Below are positions 14,001-29,000 of a stretch of 64,000 bases of DNA, in pieces. Within the stretch, counting starts at the first letter, position 1. Every line of letters starts with the position of its first letter. The stretch is from Acanthaster planci (lineage: Eukaryota). A program made the position numbers and the translations under genes. The stretch spans positions 3,887,816 to 3,951,815 of the forward strand of contig NW_019091360.1 in the NCBI RefSeq assembly GCF_001949145.1. The letters run 5' to 3'. The notes below the pieces were generated by a model. The model was not told the origin of the DNA and did no database searches. It saw nothing but the letters and a program-made list of their open reading frames with translations.

Positions 14001-17000
14001 GTTTGAAATTTCCTAGTTTTCCTCTGTTTCCCCAAAGGCACGCCTGGACAATATCTTACACCTTCTTGCCAGTATTATTTCTCTCTTAATTCATATCCAA
14101 TCTTGTGATCAGACAACAGTTATAAATGTTTTGTGCCGATTTATTTGTACAGAGAACTTTACAAGATGTCTACTGTCCTTTGTCCAACAAAATCAGAAGA
14201 ATCAAGTCATTTTCAATTGCCATTTTTTTAATGTTATACGTGTGAATTCAATATACCGGTTCATGTACATTTCTGTCAGAACTGTTATTCTTTGACCCCT
14301 CGACTCCAAATGTACAATGAAAGACCATTTCAGTTAATCATTAAAACATCAATTATTTGCATGAGAGCTTTGACAGAAGGGCATCTCAAATGGATTGGGC
14401 ACACTTATTCTAGACTCATTTCATTGAAACTTGACCTATTTGTTTTCCCTCAAAGAAGGAACTCACTATCCAGAATGGTCTACGAGTTTAGCTTCTCCCA
14501 AACAGTGCTGTTGAAATTATGCAGAGAGTGACTTGTGTTCCTGTTGCAGCTCTGAATGCCCATGATGGAGGTTCACTTGAGGAGGATGACAGGATTGTCT
14601 CCCGCCTCCTCATGGAGCGAGAAGGGGAGCAGAGTCATGGTGAATCATCTCACATCGAGGAGGTAAGTGTCTTATGACCACTCTGTGTTCTGTTCATTTA
14701 GCCGGTATTCTTTGAGGTAGAGACCCGTCTTTGATAAATACGAGCAGCAAACTGACAGCAACAAACTGTTCAGCATAACTTCCTGACGTCTTGTCCTTTG
14801 GATGGGTAGGCCATAATCATGTGGACTGCATTTTGGTTCTTGCCAGGATTTGCTGAAGACATTCACTGTTGACTCAGACTATAGTGACTCTGGTGGCAGG
14901 ATGTGTGTCAAGAAAGGTGATCAGGTGGAACTACTAGATGGGAGAAATAAAGACAGATGGCTGGTCAGACACAAGACCAACTCAAATATGGTAATAACTG
15001 ACCGTTGATAAGCAGTTGGTTGATTTTATAAAACTATGTAAATCATTTTAACCTTCTGAATGTGAGAGCAAACCTGATCTATTCAGGGCAGTGGTGGGCA
15101 TATGAGGTTTCTGTCAAATAAATAACAGAGTCTGTGTAATAAATACAGATTACAATCTTTGCTGAGTTGAAAGTGTTTGCACCTAAGTACCAGCATTTGC
15201 CATGTTTACTTTTAAAAGGCAATGGTACTTTTGGAAGCCCATTTTTTGTCATTCTTGACACTTGCTGTTACAGATTGGATACATCCCGTGCACACTGTTG
15301 AAGAGAACTCCTTCCTCAGCCTCTGAAAAAGAAGAGAGGAAGATTATCTACAACTTCATCTCCAAACAGAGTAAGAATGTCTTGGAGTGATAGGGACTAA
15401 AAAGCACCAACAAAAAACATGTTTTTGAAATAAAAGAGTTTAAAAAGTTGGATTTTTGGTTAGAGATTTAAAACTCAAACTGACTGGAAAAGATTTTATT
15501 TACCACTTTTATCGCAGTTCGCATCTTCACAAACAAGCATTGTGTGATGTTTTGAAGTATGCTGTTCAGCTTCATATTCAGCTTCAGCTTCAAAAATTCC
15601 TTGATATGAGCAGTCTCAAATGTAAATGTCCCCTTCATTAAATTTTGTGTCAGTTTTAATGTCACAAGTTCTGTCTAGATCGGATGGATCGTTGCGCCTG
15701 TGTGTATTCCTGATTACCAAATGTAATCCTGTCTATGTAGGTATTGAGAGACGGCCCAGTAACAGCATGAAGCAACATTCACGTGTCAGTAGACACACAT
15801 CACTCCAAGAAGGTCAGCTCTCTGAACTGGACGAGGGAAAGATAATTGAAGATGTACGTGGAATCTCTTTACATCCACATTTCCTAATCTGCCCTGTTTC
15901 TGTCCAGTCCAGTCACCAAACTTTCTTCCATTCCCCTACTAGACTAACCCATTAACAATCCCATGCCAAACTAGCAAACAGTTGCAAAAACCATGAAGCC
16001 ACCTGGGGGGTGCAGGGAGGGCAACTTGCCTCCCCCCCACACCAAAAGCTGGATACACCGCTGATTGTGCCTGATGCCATTATCCCTTTATTCCCCTGTC
16101 ACCGTTTTCTTTCTGCACACTTCCTTGAATCAACACTTTATCCTTTGACACAAAGTTCTAGTCATAATGGCAATGTCCACATCTGGGACTGCATCTGAAA
16201 CAGGTATTGTTGCCTAGGACTACGTGTAAGTTCACAGTTGTTCATAAGTGGCAAAAGTACAAAGCTATAGCCACTAAATGCCCCGGTTTCAGATATGGCT
16301 TAATGAGCAGTCAAACACACTTGGTCTAACGTATTATTTTGACCTTTTATTACATGCATGAGTGTACTCTAGCACATGTACTTTTCACTGTTAGCAGGTA
16401 TTTGAGCATGTCCTCCATAACAAACCCCTCTGCTCGTTGGAAAGATGAATCACATATTTTCACCAAACTCATCTACTGTAGTCAGTTATTGCACCTGTTG
16501 TTTATTTTTCTTGCATGCTTCATTTGTGCACCTGCACTGCACTAATACTCACCTGATCCATCACTTCACCCTTCCCAGTTTCCTGAGCCTGAGGCAGTCC
16601 AGGTATAGTTACCGGTACTTGACTTTGCACTTTAAATAAATGTCTTCCATCAAAGGTCTGTTTCCACTCTATATGCACACATCCACATTTTAACACTCAA
16701 CGAATGTTTTTCTGATGGCTGTTGACAAGATCTGCTTGGATGATTCATCAACTGCTACTTTCACCAAGGTTTTGTGTAAAAGATGGCAGTATATTTATGT
16801 TGAGCTGGGACACTTGGCTTGCACTTCAAAGTTGAAAAATGGACGTAAATTATCAGAACAGTTACCCTTTCAAAGCAACAGTGCGTCTTTTTAAATAGTG
16901 CATAAGGAACAGTGTCAGTGTAAATCATCCGATTTGTCATTATTTTTTGGAATCTAATCACAGCAAAATCAAAGCAAAGTCATTTTGGAAACCCAACTAT

Positions 17001-20000
17001 TTTGTCACCCTTTTGGAGCAGGTCACATAAAGAATAATATTTAATCTCACTTCAACAAAGATGTGACAACTACTTCTGTTTCCTCCCCCCAGTCATATGA
17101 TCCCTACATGGCAGTTGCTTCCTATACTCCAGGGGCAGAACAGAAAGGTTTCATATCCATGACTGAGAACCAAGTCTTTGAGGTCCTGGATTCCAACAAT
17201 GCTCTCAATTGGCTGGTCCGTGGTGAGAATGGTGACGTGGGCTGGGTACCGGCTAGCTATCTGACTCCTTACGTGAGCGGCGGTCACAATGGCACCAGGC
17301 GGGGGTCGAGGAGTTTGTCGGAGGAGCGTGATGACTTGGAGGCAGAAGATGGAGAGGAAGGAGACAGAGAGGTTGGGAGTAAGGAGAAGGAAGCCATGTT
17401 GAAAAGAGGGTTAGTGTCATGTGATTTGTCGTGACCTTTTTCAGAACCTAAGTGTACTGCATTGATCCATATTTTTGAGTAAAGCTGGTTCAAGTATGCC
17501 CTCAACGGAAACATGAGTTAGACTTTAATGCCATTGATGCAGTGACAAAGCGCTAGGGGAGATGGTATGGATTTGTACACATTCTGCTGAAAATTCTTGC
17601 ACTTCTAAGGCGTGTTCTACCTGCTTGATTTTTTGTTAAGTGGTCAGAAGAACCATCTACTGTTGCATCCACAAGAAGTTTGATTTCACATCCTGGGATG
17701 CTGGGATACTGGTCAATCAGCCTCTAGGATTCCAGAATAATACGTTGTCAAGATAGACGGTTGAAAGTTAATGTCTGTTTTTATTTTGAATGAGTGTCTG
17801 GTTTTATTATGTTCCACAGATTTGTATTGAGGGAACTTCTTGACACAGAACGAGACTATGTCAAGGATCTTAAGTATGTAACAACACACTTCATTCCTCC
17901 TATTCAACATCCTAACGTCCCGATAATCCTAAAAGGCAAGAAGGACGACATCTTCTGCAACCTGCAAGAAATCTATGACTTCCACAACACGTAAGTCAAA
18001 TCAGAGTAGTTGGTTTGAGTCTTGGTATTGGGCACCTTTCAAAGTTTCATTTGTGTGTAGTTTAAACTTAAGCTAAAGGTAGATTGGGCTTGTAAATTTT
18101 TGCACTAAGCATCATACAATCAGAAACTGTTTATTGGGCCAGACTTTCCAATTCTTGTAGTTGAGCTTTTCAACATTTGTTCAATCTTGACAAATGTGTT
18201 TTCAGGCTGAATGAAATGATTGAAGCCTGGTACAGACTCGGCTGTAAATGTTGCACTTTATGTATTTTTGAAGTCTAATCAATTGCAGCTGTTTCTTTGC
18301 AAACAGTAAATTCCTTCATGAGTTGGAAGAGTGTGAAAATGATGCCAACAGCATCGGCAGAGCATTCATTAAATGGGTGAGTGGTATAACTACTGAAAAC
18401 TCTGAAGTTGAGTTTAAGAAATATCTTCATAGCAGTGCTGATATGCGCCACAGGAAAATCCTTGAAAAGTTGTGCAGATATGTTGAATCAACACTCCATA
18501 ATCTTAGATAGAACTTCATTTTTTTACAAAAGGACCGTTGTATATGGCATAACACATGGTTGTTTTTTCACTGAAGTGTCATTTGACAAATGAGAAAAGG
18601 ATTAACATTGAGGAGATTCCAACTTTTTATCACTTTTCTTTTTCCTATAAACCAGCAATCATCGTTCATTGAGCTGCATGTGAAATACTGTAAGAACAAA
18701 CCCAAGGCTGATGCTGTGCTGACATCGGCAGCAAAAGCATTTTTCCTGGTAAGTTTCACTCAGGTAGAAAGAAAAAAAAACACTATTGGACCCTGAGGAT
18801 CAGATGCACTCCCATTGTGATGCATTATGGGTTTGTGCAATTTCAGTCGAAAATTGGTCAATACATTATCGGACAGAAAAAGGAAAAAAACTACAGAGAA
18901 ATTAAGAAGACCAGAACTGCCAACTATTGAGAGGACATGTTGTGCTTTATTAGTTCTCATTTGAATCCAGGTTAGTTTCCAGCTGTCATAAACAAGTGGA
19001 ATTAGAAAATGGAGTTGAATTGATAAAGAGGAATAATATGCGTTCACGTGTCCCCAGAGGGCCAAAGTTTTGTATAACTGGGATAGGCTCAAGTGAAACT
19101 TTTGTGCTTTTTTTGAAACTAAGTTAAAAAAACAAAAAGAGTCTTGAGACGCCATAGAGATGCCAGCAACGCATAACGTTTATTTGATTTTGTCTTTGCT
19201 TTCTTGCCATCTACAGCAATACGGCGGTGGTACTGGTCCCGGTGAGCTGGGTCTTGGTGATTATCTGATCAAACCAGTGCAGAGAATTACAAAGTACCAG
19301 TTACTTTTGAAAGAAATCATCAAATATACATCCAGAGCTAAAGAGGACTGCCAAGAATTGGAGGTATGGCGTGCAAAATCTAACAGTAATCTGGGAATCA
19401 AAATTAAACATTTTCAGGAGTTTATTTTATTGTAAATAACGGTCTGACATAATTGAATAATGATACTGCTTTCTTATATTGCGAAGTATCCACCCTGCTG
19501 GGTGCTCAAGGCTCACTATCATTGTCCTGCACACTGGGCTCACAACAATTGACCATTCCTGAAACCATCTCAGCCCCCCGGGGAGCATACTAGCTGATGC
19601 TGCCCTATCAGGCGCACACGGCTAACATAACCAGATCTGCCCTCACAGGTACCCATTTTACTCCGGGGTGGAGAGAGGCACAAGCTTGGGGTAAAGTAAC
19701 TTGCCCAAGATCTCAACATGCTGCCACCAGCTGGATTCGAACCTGTGACCCCTATGATCAGAAGCTACACACCCTAACCACTTGGGTCACATGCCCCCCC
19801 AATTTGATCGACTTTAATTGAATACATGGATTAGAATGGACAGATTTGCCCCAGGATAGCATAGTCACAGAATATTACTTAATTGTTAGATAATTCGACA
19901 TTTTTCGGTCACCCTTTATGTGGATTCCAGTCCTATTAAGTGCTTAAACAACAGTTTTACAGATTGCATTGCTTCTCACTTTGTTAAAGTTGGTTTCGCT

Positions 20001-23000
20001 GTGTTTTGAAGTTTGGACTCCTGTAATGGGACTGTGGATTTTATCTTACAGTTGGCGCTGAATGGGATGATTGAGGTACCAAAGAGAGCTAACGATTTGA
20101 TGTATCTGAATCTGATTGAAGGATTCCAGGTAAGACATCAACTCATTTCTGGAAGTCTTACCGATGTTCCCTTGGATATGGCAGCTTGTCACTTGGGGTT
20201 TGGCTTGGAGGTCTAAATGTCTAAAGCATCTACATATGCAATGAAAAAGTTTGTTGTATTTAAACTGCGTGAAGGGTTTTCTGTTAACAACGTGAACATT
20301 ACAAATTCAGAATAAACTAATGTAGCTATAGGTGTAGTAACTAAATGGTTCATTTAGTGCACTGGCCTTATGCAGGTTTCGTTCTCTACTTACTTTTCCT
20401 CCAGCGTGATGTGACTGAACTGGGTAAACTTTACCGTCAAGACTGCTTCTCTGCCTGGTCAGGCAAACCCAAGGGACGAGGCAAGGAGAGGCATCTCTTC
20501 CTATTCAAGGATATTCTTCTCTTCACCAAGCCCAAGAAGGAGGTCAAGGGAGATGTTGTAGGCTACATCTACAAGAGCCACTTGATGGTAGGCAATGCTT
20601 GATGTGCAACCGTACCGGTACCTACTTGGAGCTACTTTTCAGACTGCAATATATTGAGATCCACTGGAACCCCAACCCCTCTAGTCATTTTTGCCAGAAG
20701 CCTTTGAACAATGGCAGTTAAAATCTTGCTAGTCAAGTTCCATGTGCTGATTCCTTAGGAGGTTAAAGTCATTAACAGATATTTCTGTGAGGAAAACTAC
20801 AGACGCTTTTTCATTACTAAAGGCTCAGTGAAATCGTTCAACACCAAATTGTTTTCCTTTATTGCATCAGAAAAAAAGAGACAGAGCAAATTTATAATGA
20901 AGTTATCCAACTACAAAACTATTTTTGAGACACTTTAAAACCTTGTCCGAAATTGAACCTAGGTTATTTGAATTGTTTTTTGTTTTAGGTTGGTGCTCTG
21001 CATGTCTCTGAAGATCAGTCAGATGAGAGACGGTTTGAACTTTCATCACAGGGAAGACTGTCACCAACGACAATCCTGGTAAGTTGTCATGTTGTCCATT
21101 GCTTCGTTTCTCTGTCTGGAGCTTTAATCAGCAGTCATTCAGCAGGTGAAATTTCTATATAAAATATATATGGCAGGTTCCTCAAAATATGGACAAGATA
21201 TAGATAATGGTCGACTTTGGGGACTCATTTTTCCTGCAGTCGGCAGTTGCGAACGTCATTCGATTCTGTCAAAAAAAATCAATTGCAAAAAGCAGCGAAT
21301 AAAATCAAAATCGATGTACAACACACGCTTTAAAGAAAGTGCAGAAAAGCACCCCCAAACCATCATCCCTTTACGACTGGACCAATCACATTTTCTTAAA
21401 GTACGTTTCCGGAAAACGTAGTCCAAAATATCGATAGTGGGGTTTTGCTGCATCATGGGCTGTTTGACCTTTGCCCTCTTTTTCATTCAGTATTTATGAG
21501 CCCCTCCATCCAATGGCGATGCTCCGGGATTTTTCTCTTCGTACCAAGGTTTCTCAAAAGAAAATCATTCATACTGAATAACGTTCACAAAAAAAATGAT
21601 GTCCAAGACGTAAAATACGATTCATGATGAAAATCTAATGCTCAGAGTTGTTGATTCTAATTTAATAAGCGCTTTAACATACATCAGTTGAAAAATATAC
21701 TGAATTCTCCTTTTTGTTGAGAGAAGTTTTGAAGTCCTCTGGTGTAAATACTTTTTGACCTAAAACTTTAAATTAATTCAGCTCTATTTAATTTGCAATG
21801 GTAGCCAACCAAATGCCCACCAAATGTACACAGTATGCCTAATTATCCCCAAATGATCATTTTCATAAATCTGAAGGTGCTAATTTGTATTTTACTTTTT
21901 AGAAGTTTTGAAAAATGACATTTGGAGTTTCATTGTGGTCCATTTTATGAAGAACATGCCATAAACATGTGTACTAAGCATATGTTTAACAGTGAGATGT
22001 GTTTATTTTGTACCAGCCGTAACTAATGGTTTTATGACTTGTAAAGATGCAACAAAAGCATTGAATTGATAATTAATATTAAACATAGAAACAAAGTAGG
22101 CACATCACTGGAGTTATTAGCTTTGTATAGAAACAATCACATTCCTGAGGATTTGTGAGCCCGTGTTTGTAGAAATATTCAACCTGAATTTCCTATTTTC
22201 TGCTTATTATGCATTTAGGCCAAGACAAAGTATGTGAAGGAGGCTTGGGTGAAATCTCTGCGTGACTTGATAGCAGAGGTCCCCAGAGAACTTCGTGAAG
22301 GAAAGTCCTCCAGCGAAAGACGCTTTGGTATGTATAGCATTCCTCAAACTTGCTGATGCCAGGTAGTGGGTAACTTGCTTAGTACTTACTTGTTTATGCA
22401 ATTTGTTTGGGCAAAAAATAGTTCTGCAGTTCAGAAATATGTCGGCCTAAGTTCTTGGCATAGAAAAGAAGCATAGCTGAGCGTAAAAGGCAAAACTTAG
22501 TGTGTTGATTTTTTTAGCAGATTTGTCATTTTGTAATTTTTTTTTAAAGAATTTGTTGATATGAAAAATTGAATTTGTTAAATTGGACACATTTAATCTG
22601 TAACACATTATGTGTCATGCGGAGCAATCCCTTAATTTTGTCACATTTTGCTTCATTGTTTGACTTGCTGTTTGCTGCAAACATCTTGTTTGGTTCGCCT
22701 AGTCATATCGTCAGTTTTATCAGCATTGCATTTGTTTATTGTGTTTTGATTCATATTTTATTTCCATTTATAAAGGCGAAAATAGCTTAAATGCAATACA
22801 TTTTGCCTAGCAAAGATTGGGATTGATGTGGTGTCCAATTTTATTTTCAAGCAAACCTGGGATTGTTAGAGATGATTTGTTTTACCATTCCAAGAGTAAT
22901 GCAATACGCTCCTCTACAGATGACAATGTATTATGCACTGTGCATTTTGCTCTCATCTGGTGCGTTCTGTTGAACATACCGTGCTGTTGAGCATACCGCA

Positions 23001-26000
23001 CACAGGTTAATCAGGTTGCTTGAAGATAAATTGAGTGTCCTAATACTGGAATACATGGATCACAGAAACTGTGGGTGTTCACTTGGTGTGTGGGGTTCAA
23101 ATGAACTGGTTTTACTCTTGACGATATTATTCCTTGGTTCACTAATATTGTGTGTTTTGTTACTTTCAAATTCAGGTGTTGCCCAGCATAGCACTATCAC
23201 TCTAACACTAATTTATTGACAACAGAAATTACAACTTTTGCTGTATTTTTGACTGGATATGTAACCTTTGACTTATTCCAAAATTAACAAAATTTCAAAC
23301 TAATTGCTCTGTAAAAGAGAAGAAAAAAAGTTTTAACAATGGTGTGAAAAAAATATTTGTTGCCCTTTTGTTTATTTTTTATTCTTTCCTCAAATTTTGC
23401 AGCAGTGAGTTTTTGTTCAAAGCTTGCCAAGTGTTTGAGCAAAGATTTCCGTTGCCATAGTTTTGATTTGCCCATTGTGTGTTCCACCATTTTCCTCTCA
23501 TGAACACGTTTGCTGTGACGGGATTCGTTTGTATACCGCCCTCCATCCTCAGACCACTCACCTATCATCCCGCGTAAACGTCGTGCCACTTCCATGCTCT
23601 TATCCGGAAGCTCCTTGTCCTCATCTCAGTTGGAACCAGGTATTGCGTAGCGATTCCACTAGGAATTGTAGTCACTCCACAGGGAATGTTTTCGGGAAGA
23701 AGTTGTTAAAGGGAATGCCTGATCCATTGGAAACCATGGAGATTGTCAAAACTTTCATAGGCTTTGTTGCATTTGGAACGGGCCTGCTCTGAACAAGGGA
23801 TATTCCAAGAGAATCCTCTACATGTTCTTTTAACGTTTCTCACTTAACCTTGCATGGATCAACATTCTTACGTGAGAACAAGTGTCATTCCAGGCAATTC
23901 CCAGTGTGTACAAATGACTTGCATCCCAGATTGGAACTCTCCAGAGCTTCTTATATACCTTTCTGAGCATTTCAACTTTTGAGGGACTGCATTAACAAAA
24001 TCATGCCACTGCTGAAATAAAATCCAATCAGTCTTTTTGAAGAAGTTTGTTGACCTCTGTAAGACTTGTTCTCAGACATCTAGATAGATTTCTATTGAAA
24101 AGGTCATCAAAGCTTGTGGAGTTTGGCTTGTGATAATTATTAAGTAGATATCACCTGACAAAGCAAGCTATGTCCTTTTACAAACAAGGGAGAAACACCT
24201 GTAATGTGAATACATTGTATGTGTGCAACCTTATTGGGAGAAGAAGTCCAGAATGTGTCAGAGAACCAATCCAAGTTAATAACAGAAATATCTGACAACT
24301 CAAAGCTCCAAGTTGAGTATAGTTTGGAAAGAATGGAAATGAACAGGATATCATTAACCTCACTGTCAACTAACCATTCTGTCTTGAATTTTAACCGACC
24401 ATTAAACTGATAGCACCCTTTACTATCAAGGTGTACTAATAATGAATATTCACTAAACACTAATGAATATTCACGAAACGCAGTTGGCAAGGATTCAGCT
24501 AGAAACAAATCATGAAGATACATGGAGCCTCTTAGAAATTAAAACGATATGGTTTTTCCTCTGGCAAATCATTTCTGATTGGTCTGAAATCCTTACCTTG
24601 TCAGTTCTAATGCTGTCTATGAGGCCCCAATCATTTGGAGTATAAATCTAGTAATTTGACCATATTTTAGGTTACTTTTCTGGAACCTACTGTCCATGTA
24701 GATCTAAGAACATGCAGTATCAAGTTGTAACAAGAAGTCTGTTTTTTCCCCCAAAGGCTTAAATGGTAATTTCAGCAAGTCGACAGAGTCTCTGATCAGC
24801 TTGATATCTAGCCCAACTTTACTGAGCATCCCCCGATCAGGCAGAGGAAGTATAGATAGCATGACTGGGTCCATTGACTTTAGCACCTTCACTTCGGTGA
24901 GTGCAAACTTCCTTTCAAGACATACTCAAATTAGCCAGGATAGAACAAATTAATTTTTTGGTAGTGTGTTTTATGTAGCTTTTATAAACTGTCTTAATAT
25001 TATCACTTGTAGCTTGCTTCATGAGAGTGTGTGTGAGAATATGAGCGTTGTGCTCAGTTGGTGTTGTAACCCAGAACATATGACTGCAGTTGACAAACTA
25101 AGCAATAGAACTAAGCCCCATCCCATGGTTCTTTGACCAATCACTGCTGTGGTTTATGTCTGACATGCATGCATGCATGTGGATTCAACGTGTGTAGCTT
25201 CAGCGTGCAGTATGGCATTGGAGAGAAACACATGTTTCTTGCCCAGGTGTGTGCAATGGGCGGGGCTGCGTGGATCAGTCTATTGATGTGAGTTTTACCT
25301 GTTTGCTTCATCCCAGCTTGTTCCCTCTGTTGGAGCAATGTATGAAGTCCTTGAAGACTTGGTAGATGATGGTCATGAGACCAAAGAGATTCTGAAAGGT
25401 GACGTGGTCAAACTGCTGGAGGTCTGCGAGAACAACCTGTTCCACATCCAGACCATTCCAACCGATGAGACCAGCCCAGGGATGGAAGGCTATGTGACCC
25501 CAGGATTACTGAAGAAGATGAGTTTGGCTGACGGTGAGAAATGTTGGCTCCAGATTGCCTCAAGATGTCTGTTTGCCATTCGCAATTGCCTTGTTTTGGT
25601 CATATTTTCTGTGAATTTGAAGTAGTTGGGTTGAATAATTAACTTTATGTTGTGCTAATTTTTTGCTTTGTAGGTCCAACCACCTAACCAATTATGTTTT
25701 TTTTTTGCAACAGAAATGTTACTTTGAAGTTTCCCAAATGAACTTTGCACAGTACATATCCATATGCTTGCACTTACTTCACGATGTCAGATTGTCTTCC
25801 GTTTTCAATGTGTCTCCTAGAGTGATGTTTCAGAACCAAACATGACGCTTCCTGATGTCTTCGTCTTTTCAGAGCCTCCAGCTTTTACTGACAAGTTGAA
25901 ACCTTGCCTGGTCAGCACAGATGAGTCAGCTGTCCTAACATGCTCCTTCTCTGGCAAGCCTATCCCAACAGCTACCTGGTCTCTACCTAGCCATCTGAAT

Positions 26001-29000
26001 AGTGGCAATAAACGTGTAGAGATTATGAGCGCCGAGAACAACTCAACGCTCACCCTGCACAGGGTGACCATGTTAGATGCCGGAGAGTATACGTGTACAG
26101 TTGAGAATTCTAATGGATCTGTCTCCTGCATGGCCAAACTAGACGTCAGAGGTATTCTTTTGAACAGGATGTCTGATTACTCACATTATCAAAATATAGA
26201 GTTTCAGTTCTGTGGCTTAAATATATGTATCTTTTAATGTTGATCAGGTTATATCATCGATATTAATTTGTGACAAAATTGCCTTGCCAATCAGATCATA
26301 ATGTTAGCAACTCTTAAATGTCTGGAAGTCAATTCCTTCAGAACTTTTGGAAAAAGAAATCATATAGAATTGTAGTGTAACTTTGAGTTTTGAATTATTT
26401 GCTGTAGCTCTTTGCTTATATGAGTGCTGTTTTTTCCCACAGAGTCCCAGTCAAGTATTGTTTCAACAGACCTCAACTTTGGCGATATTCATGACATCTC
26501 ACGGGCACGTTCCTCTAGCCCCCTCACAACCCACTCGCTATCCGTTGAAGAGCCATCTATGGTCCGTTCCACCTCCTTGGAGAACCTGAAGACTCTGGAT
26601 GAAGACTTTGATGTTCTTCCCGGGGAAATAGTCCGCGCCTCTTCCGTTTCTGGACGTGGAATGCTGAACAGCAGCAAGAAGTCAGGCAAGGATAAGATTG
26701 GAAGTTTCCGGAAGCACATCAAGAAGGCTTTCAGCACGGCAGGAATGGAGAAGGATAAGATCTTTGCCAACTTACAGAGATCACAGAGTGGGAGCAGTCT
26801 ACAGTAAGTTCTTCTATTTTCACTCCTTTTTTGATTATAAATCATCAACAGTCTTTTAGCCAGATTGCATTTTCAAAGTGGAGCAACCAAATAAGTTTAC
26901 TCATATTTTATGTTGAAGTCATTTTCACTTGGAGAGCATAAATTTCACATCAAGGAACTTTGAAAATGAACCCACAAAATGAAATCTTACATGCACAGTG
27001 ACTCTGCTCATGCAAATGCTCAAAGAATAAATATAATTAAAGCAGTTGTTTGTAAGCTAACAAGTTGTGCAGAAGTCAAGTAGTTGCACATCTAACTTCT
27101 TTGTGAACAGGATCAACAAAAGTAGATGGAAGATCAATAACTGTCCTACAATTAAACCCTTAGGAATATGCTCTATGTATGTAATGTTTGACAGGGGTCA
27201 ACCAGGGTCAATCATAATTACACAATAAGTCATCTATTTATCAAGATGGTAATCAGGAGCCTTTATCCCTGGTTTCCTGGATTTAAACATTATTATACAC
27301 TGTGATTGCCAGTTTGTGACGTACGCGAGGTTTATGTCTGCACCACATCCTGGCCATCATATCATTGATATGCATAATTTCCAATGTGTTTGTGACCTTA
27401 TTCAAACAAGAATCCACGCAGACGTCTGATAAACACAGAGCCTAGACATGCACAATCCACTGACATAAAACGATGAGCATTTTTTGGGAGGGGGGGGGTG
27501 AGGCAAGTGATGAGGCATCATCGCATTCAGTGGGTTGCTTTTGAAATGAGAAACAGGTTGTTGAGAATTTTTGATTAATTACACAGTGTGCCCTCATCAC
27601 ACTGTAAATGAGTATGATGCATAAGCACCCTAAAGAGCTCATTGCCAAAGCCATTGCATTTATTGAAAAAGACAAAACAAAATCACATTGTAGCTAAAAA
27701 TTTATTGAAAATCTAATCATATTTTAAAAAAATCAAAATCATTCCAGACATTTTTTAACAGTAAGATCAGATTCTTGTGAGATAGTTTATATCAATGTAG
27801 AGAGCGCCCTCTAGAGTTAAGGCCAGGAAGTCTAATCAACCCCCCCTAAAAAAACCACATTAAAAATACATAAAACTGCAGTATCATGTCCTTGAAGAAT
27901 ATTGAACTTGTAGTTCATGTTTTCTTGCAGACATGAAGTAGTGTATTTCTGTATTAAATTTAGGATAGGCCTTTTTGATTTTGCCCTGTATACACCACAC
28001 ATTGGTGAACATATTTGAGTAAAAATGTGTGAGGATCTGAAATATTGTTCCTATAAGAATCTTTCTCAAGACCACAAATACATATGTTGCATATTCTACT
28101 TCCACAGTTGTCAAGTTGGTTGCTGTAATGCCATTAATGGTTACACAAGGGCCAAAATGAAGTAGTTATATCAAACCTTAGAAAGTGCACCCTTATAAGT
28201 GAGAAAAAAGTGGACATGTGAAATATTGGAAGTTTATTCAGTGAAATAAAAGTGTTGGAATAATGACCTCTCTGAAGAAAAATGATCTAATAACACAAAC
28301 CACTAAAGACGCTTTTACTTGGCGACAAAATAAACCAACAGTATAGAAACAGAGAAAACAACATACAAATTAACAATATAATACATTAGGATTAAGTATT
28401 GACAGACAAACCTTGTTACTTGGTCAGTAATGTATACCCCTTTGTCAAATTATTTGCAAAAAAGGGGAAGATATATTGCTTTGTCCTGTATGCTGTGTCA
28501 CTGACTTGTTGGATATACTTGCATGTTTCACGCCTACTGTACATTACTACCATACCACAATGTAATATTACACTCACCATGTGTTAACAGGGTCTACCCA
28601 ATGATAATGCTTACATATTTGCAATGTTGATAGACAAGAAGGAGGCACACATAGACATGTCTAGATGCAGCAAGATTGATGAGTACTGATAGTTATTACT
28701 CAATCATCCTGGGTGAGAATTACTGGAACTGTCCTCTAAACATAGTTCCCAGTGCTTCTTTTAATTTCAGATTTCCATAGAGTGTTCAGTTGTGACATGT
28801 TTTACCTTGATGTAAACCAAAGATTTGTTTCAAGTAAAAATCAAACTGACTTCTTACCATTCATTCAAAACAATGTTCTCTTTGTTATTTCCGTTTGTGC
28901 ATCGTCTACACGATGTACGGAATGCAACTAGCTAGTCTACAGTTTCTTTCCTCAACCCATGTACAGCCTTTTGAAAAATGTTGAATTCAAAGCCTTTAGA

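Noticed and set aside
19700..19797. tRNA gene
   Set aside because: A and B boxes are present, but I could not fold a complete cloverleaf and the head continues into a SINE core.
24440..24479. Two tandem 21-bp units taatgaatattcac
   Set aside because: Simple local duplication with no spacers; not CRISPR-like.
28591..28690. Possible exon [17 protein letters not shown]... after ttaacag
   Set aside because: The longest frame is phase 0, incompatible with the upstream phase-1 and phase-2 donors, and no domain is recognisable.
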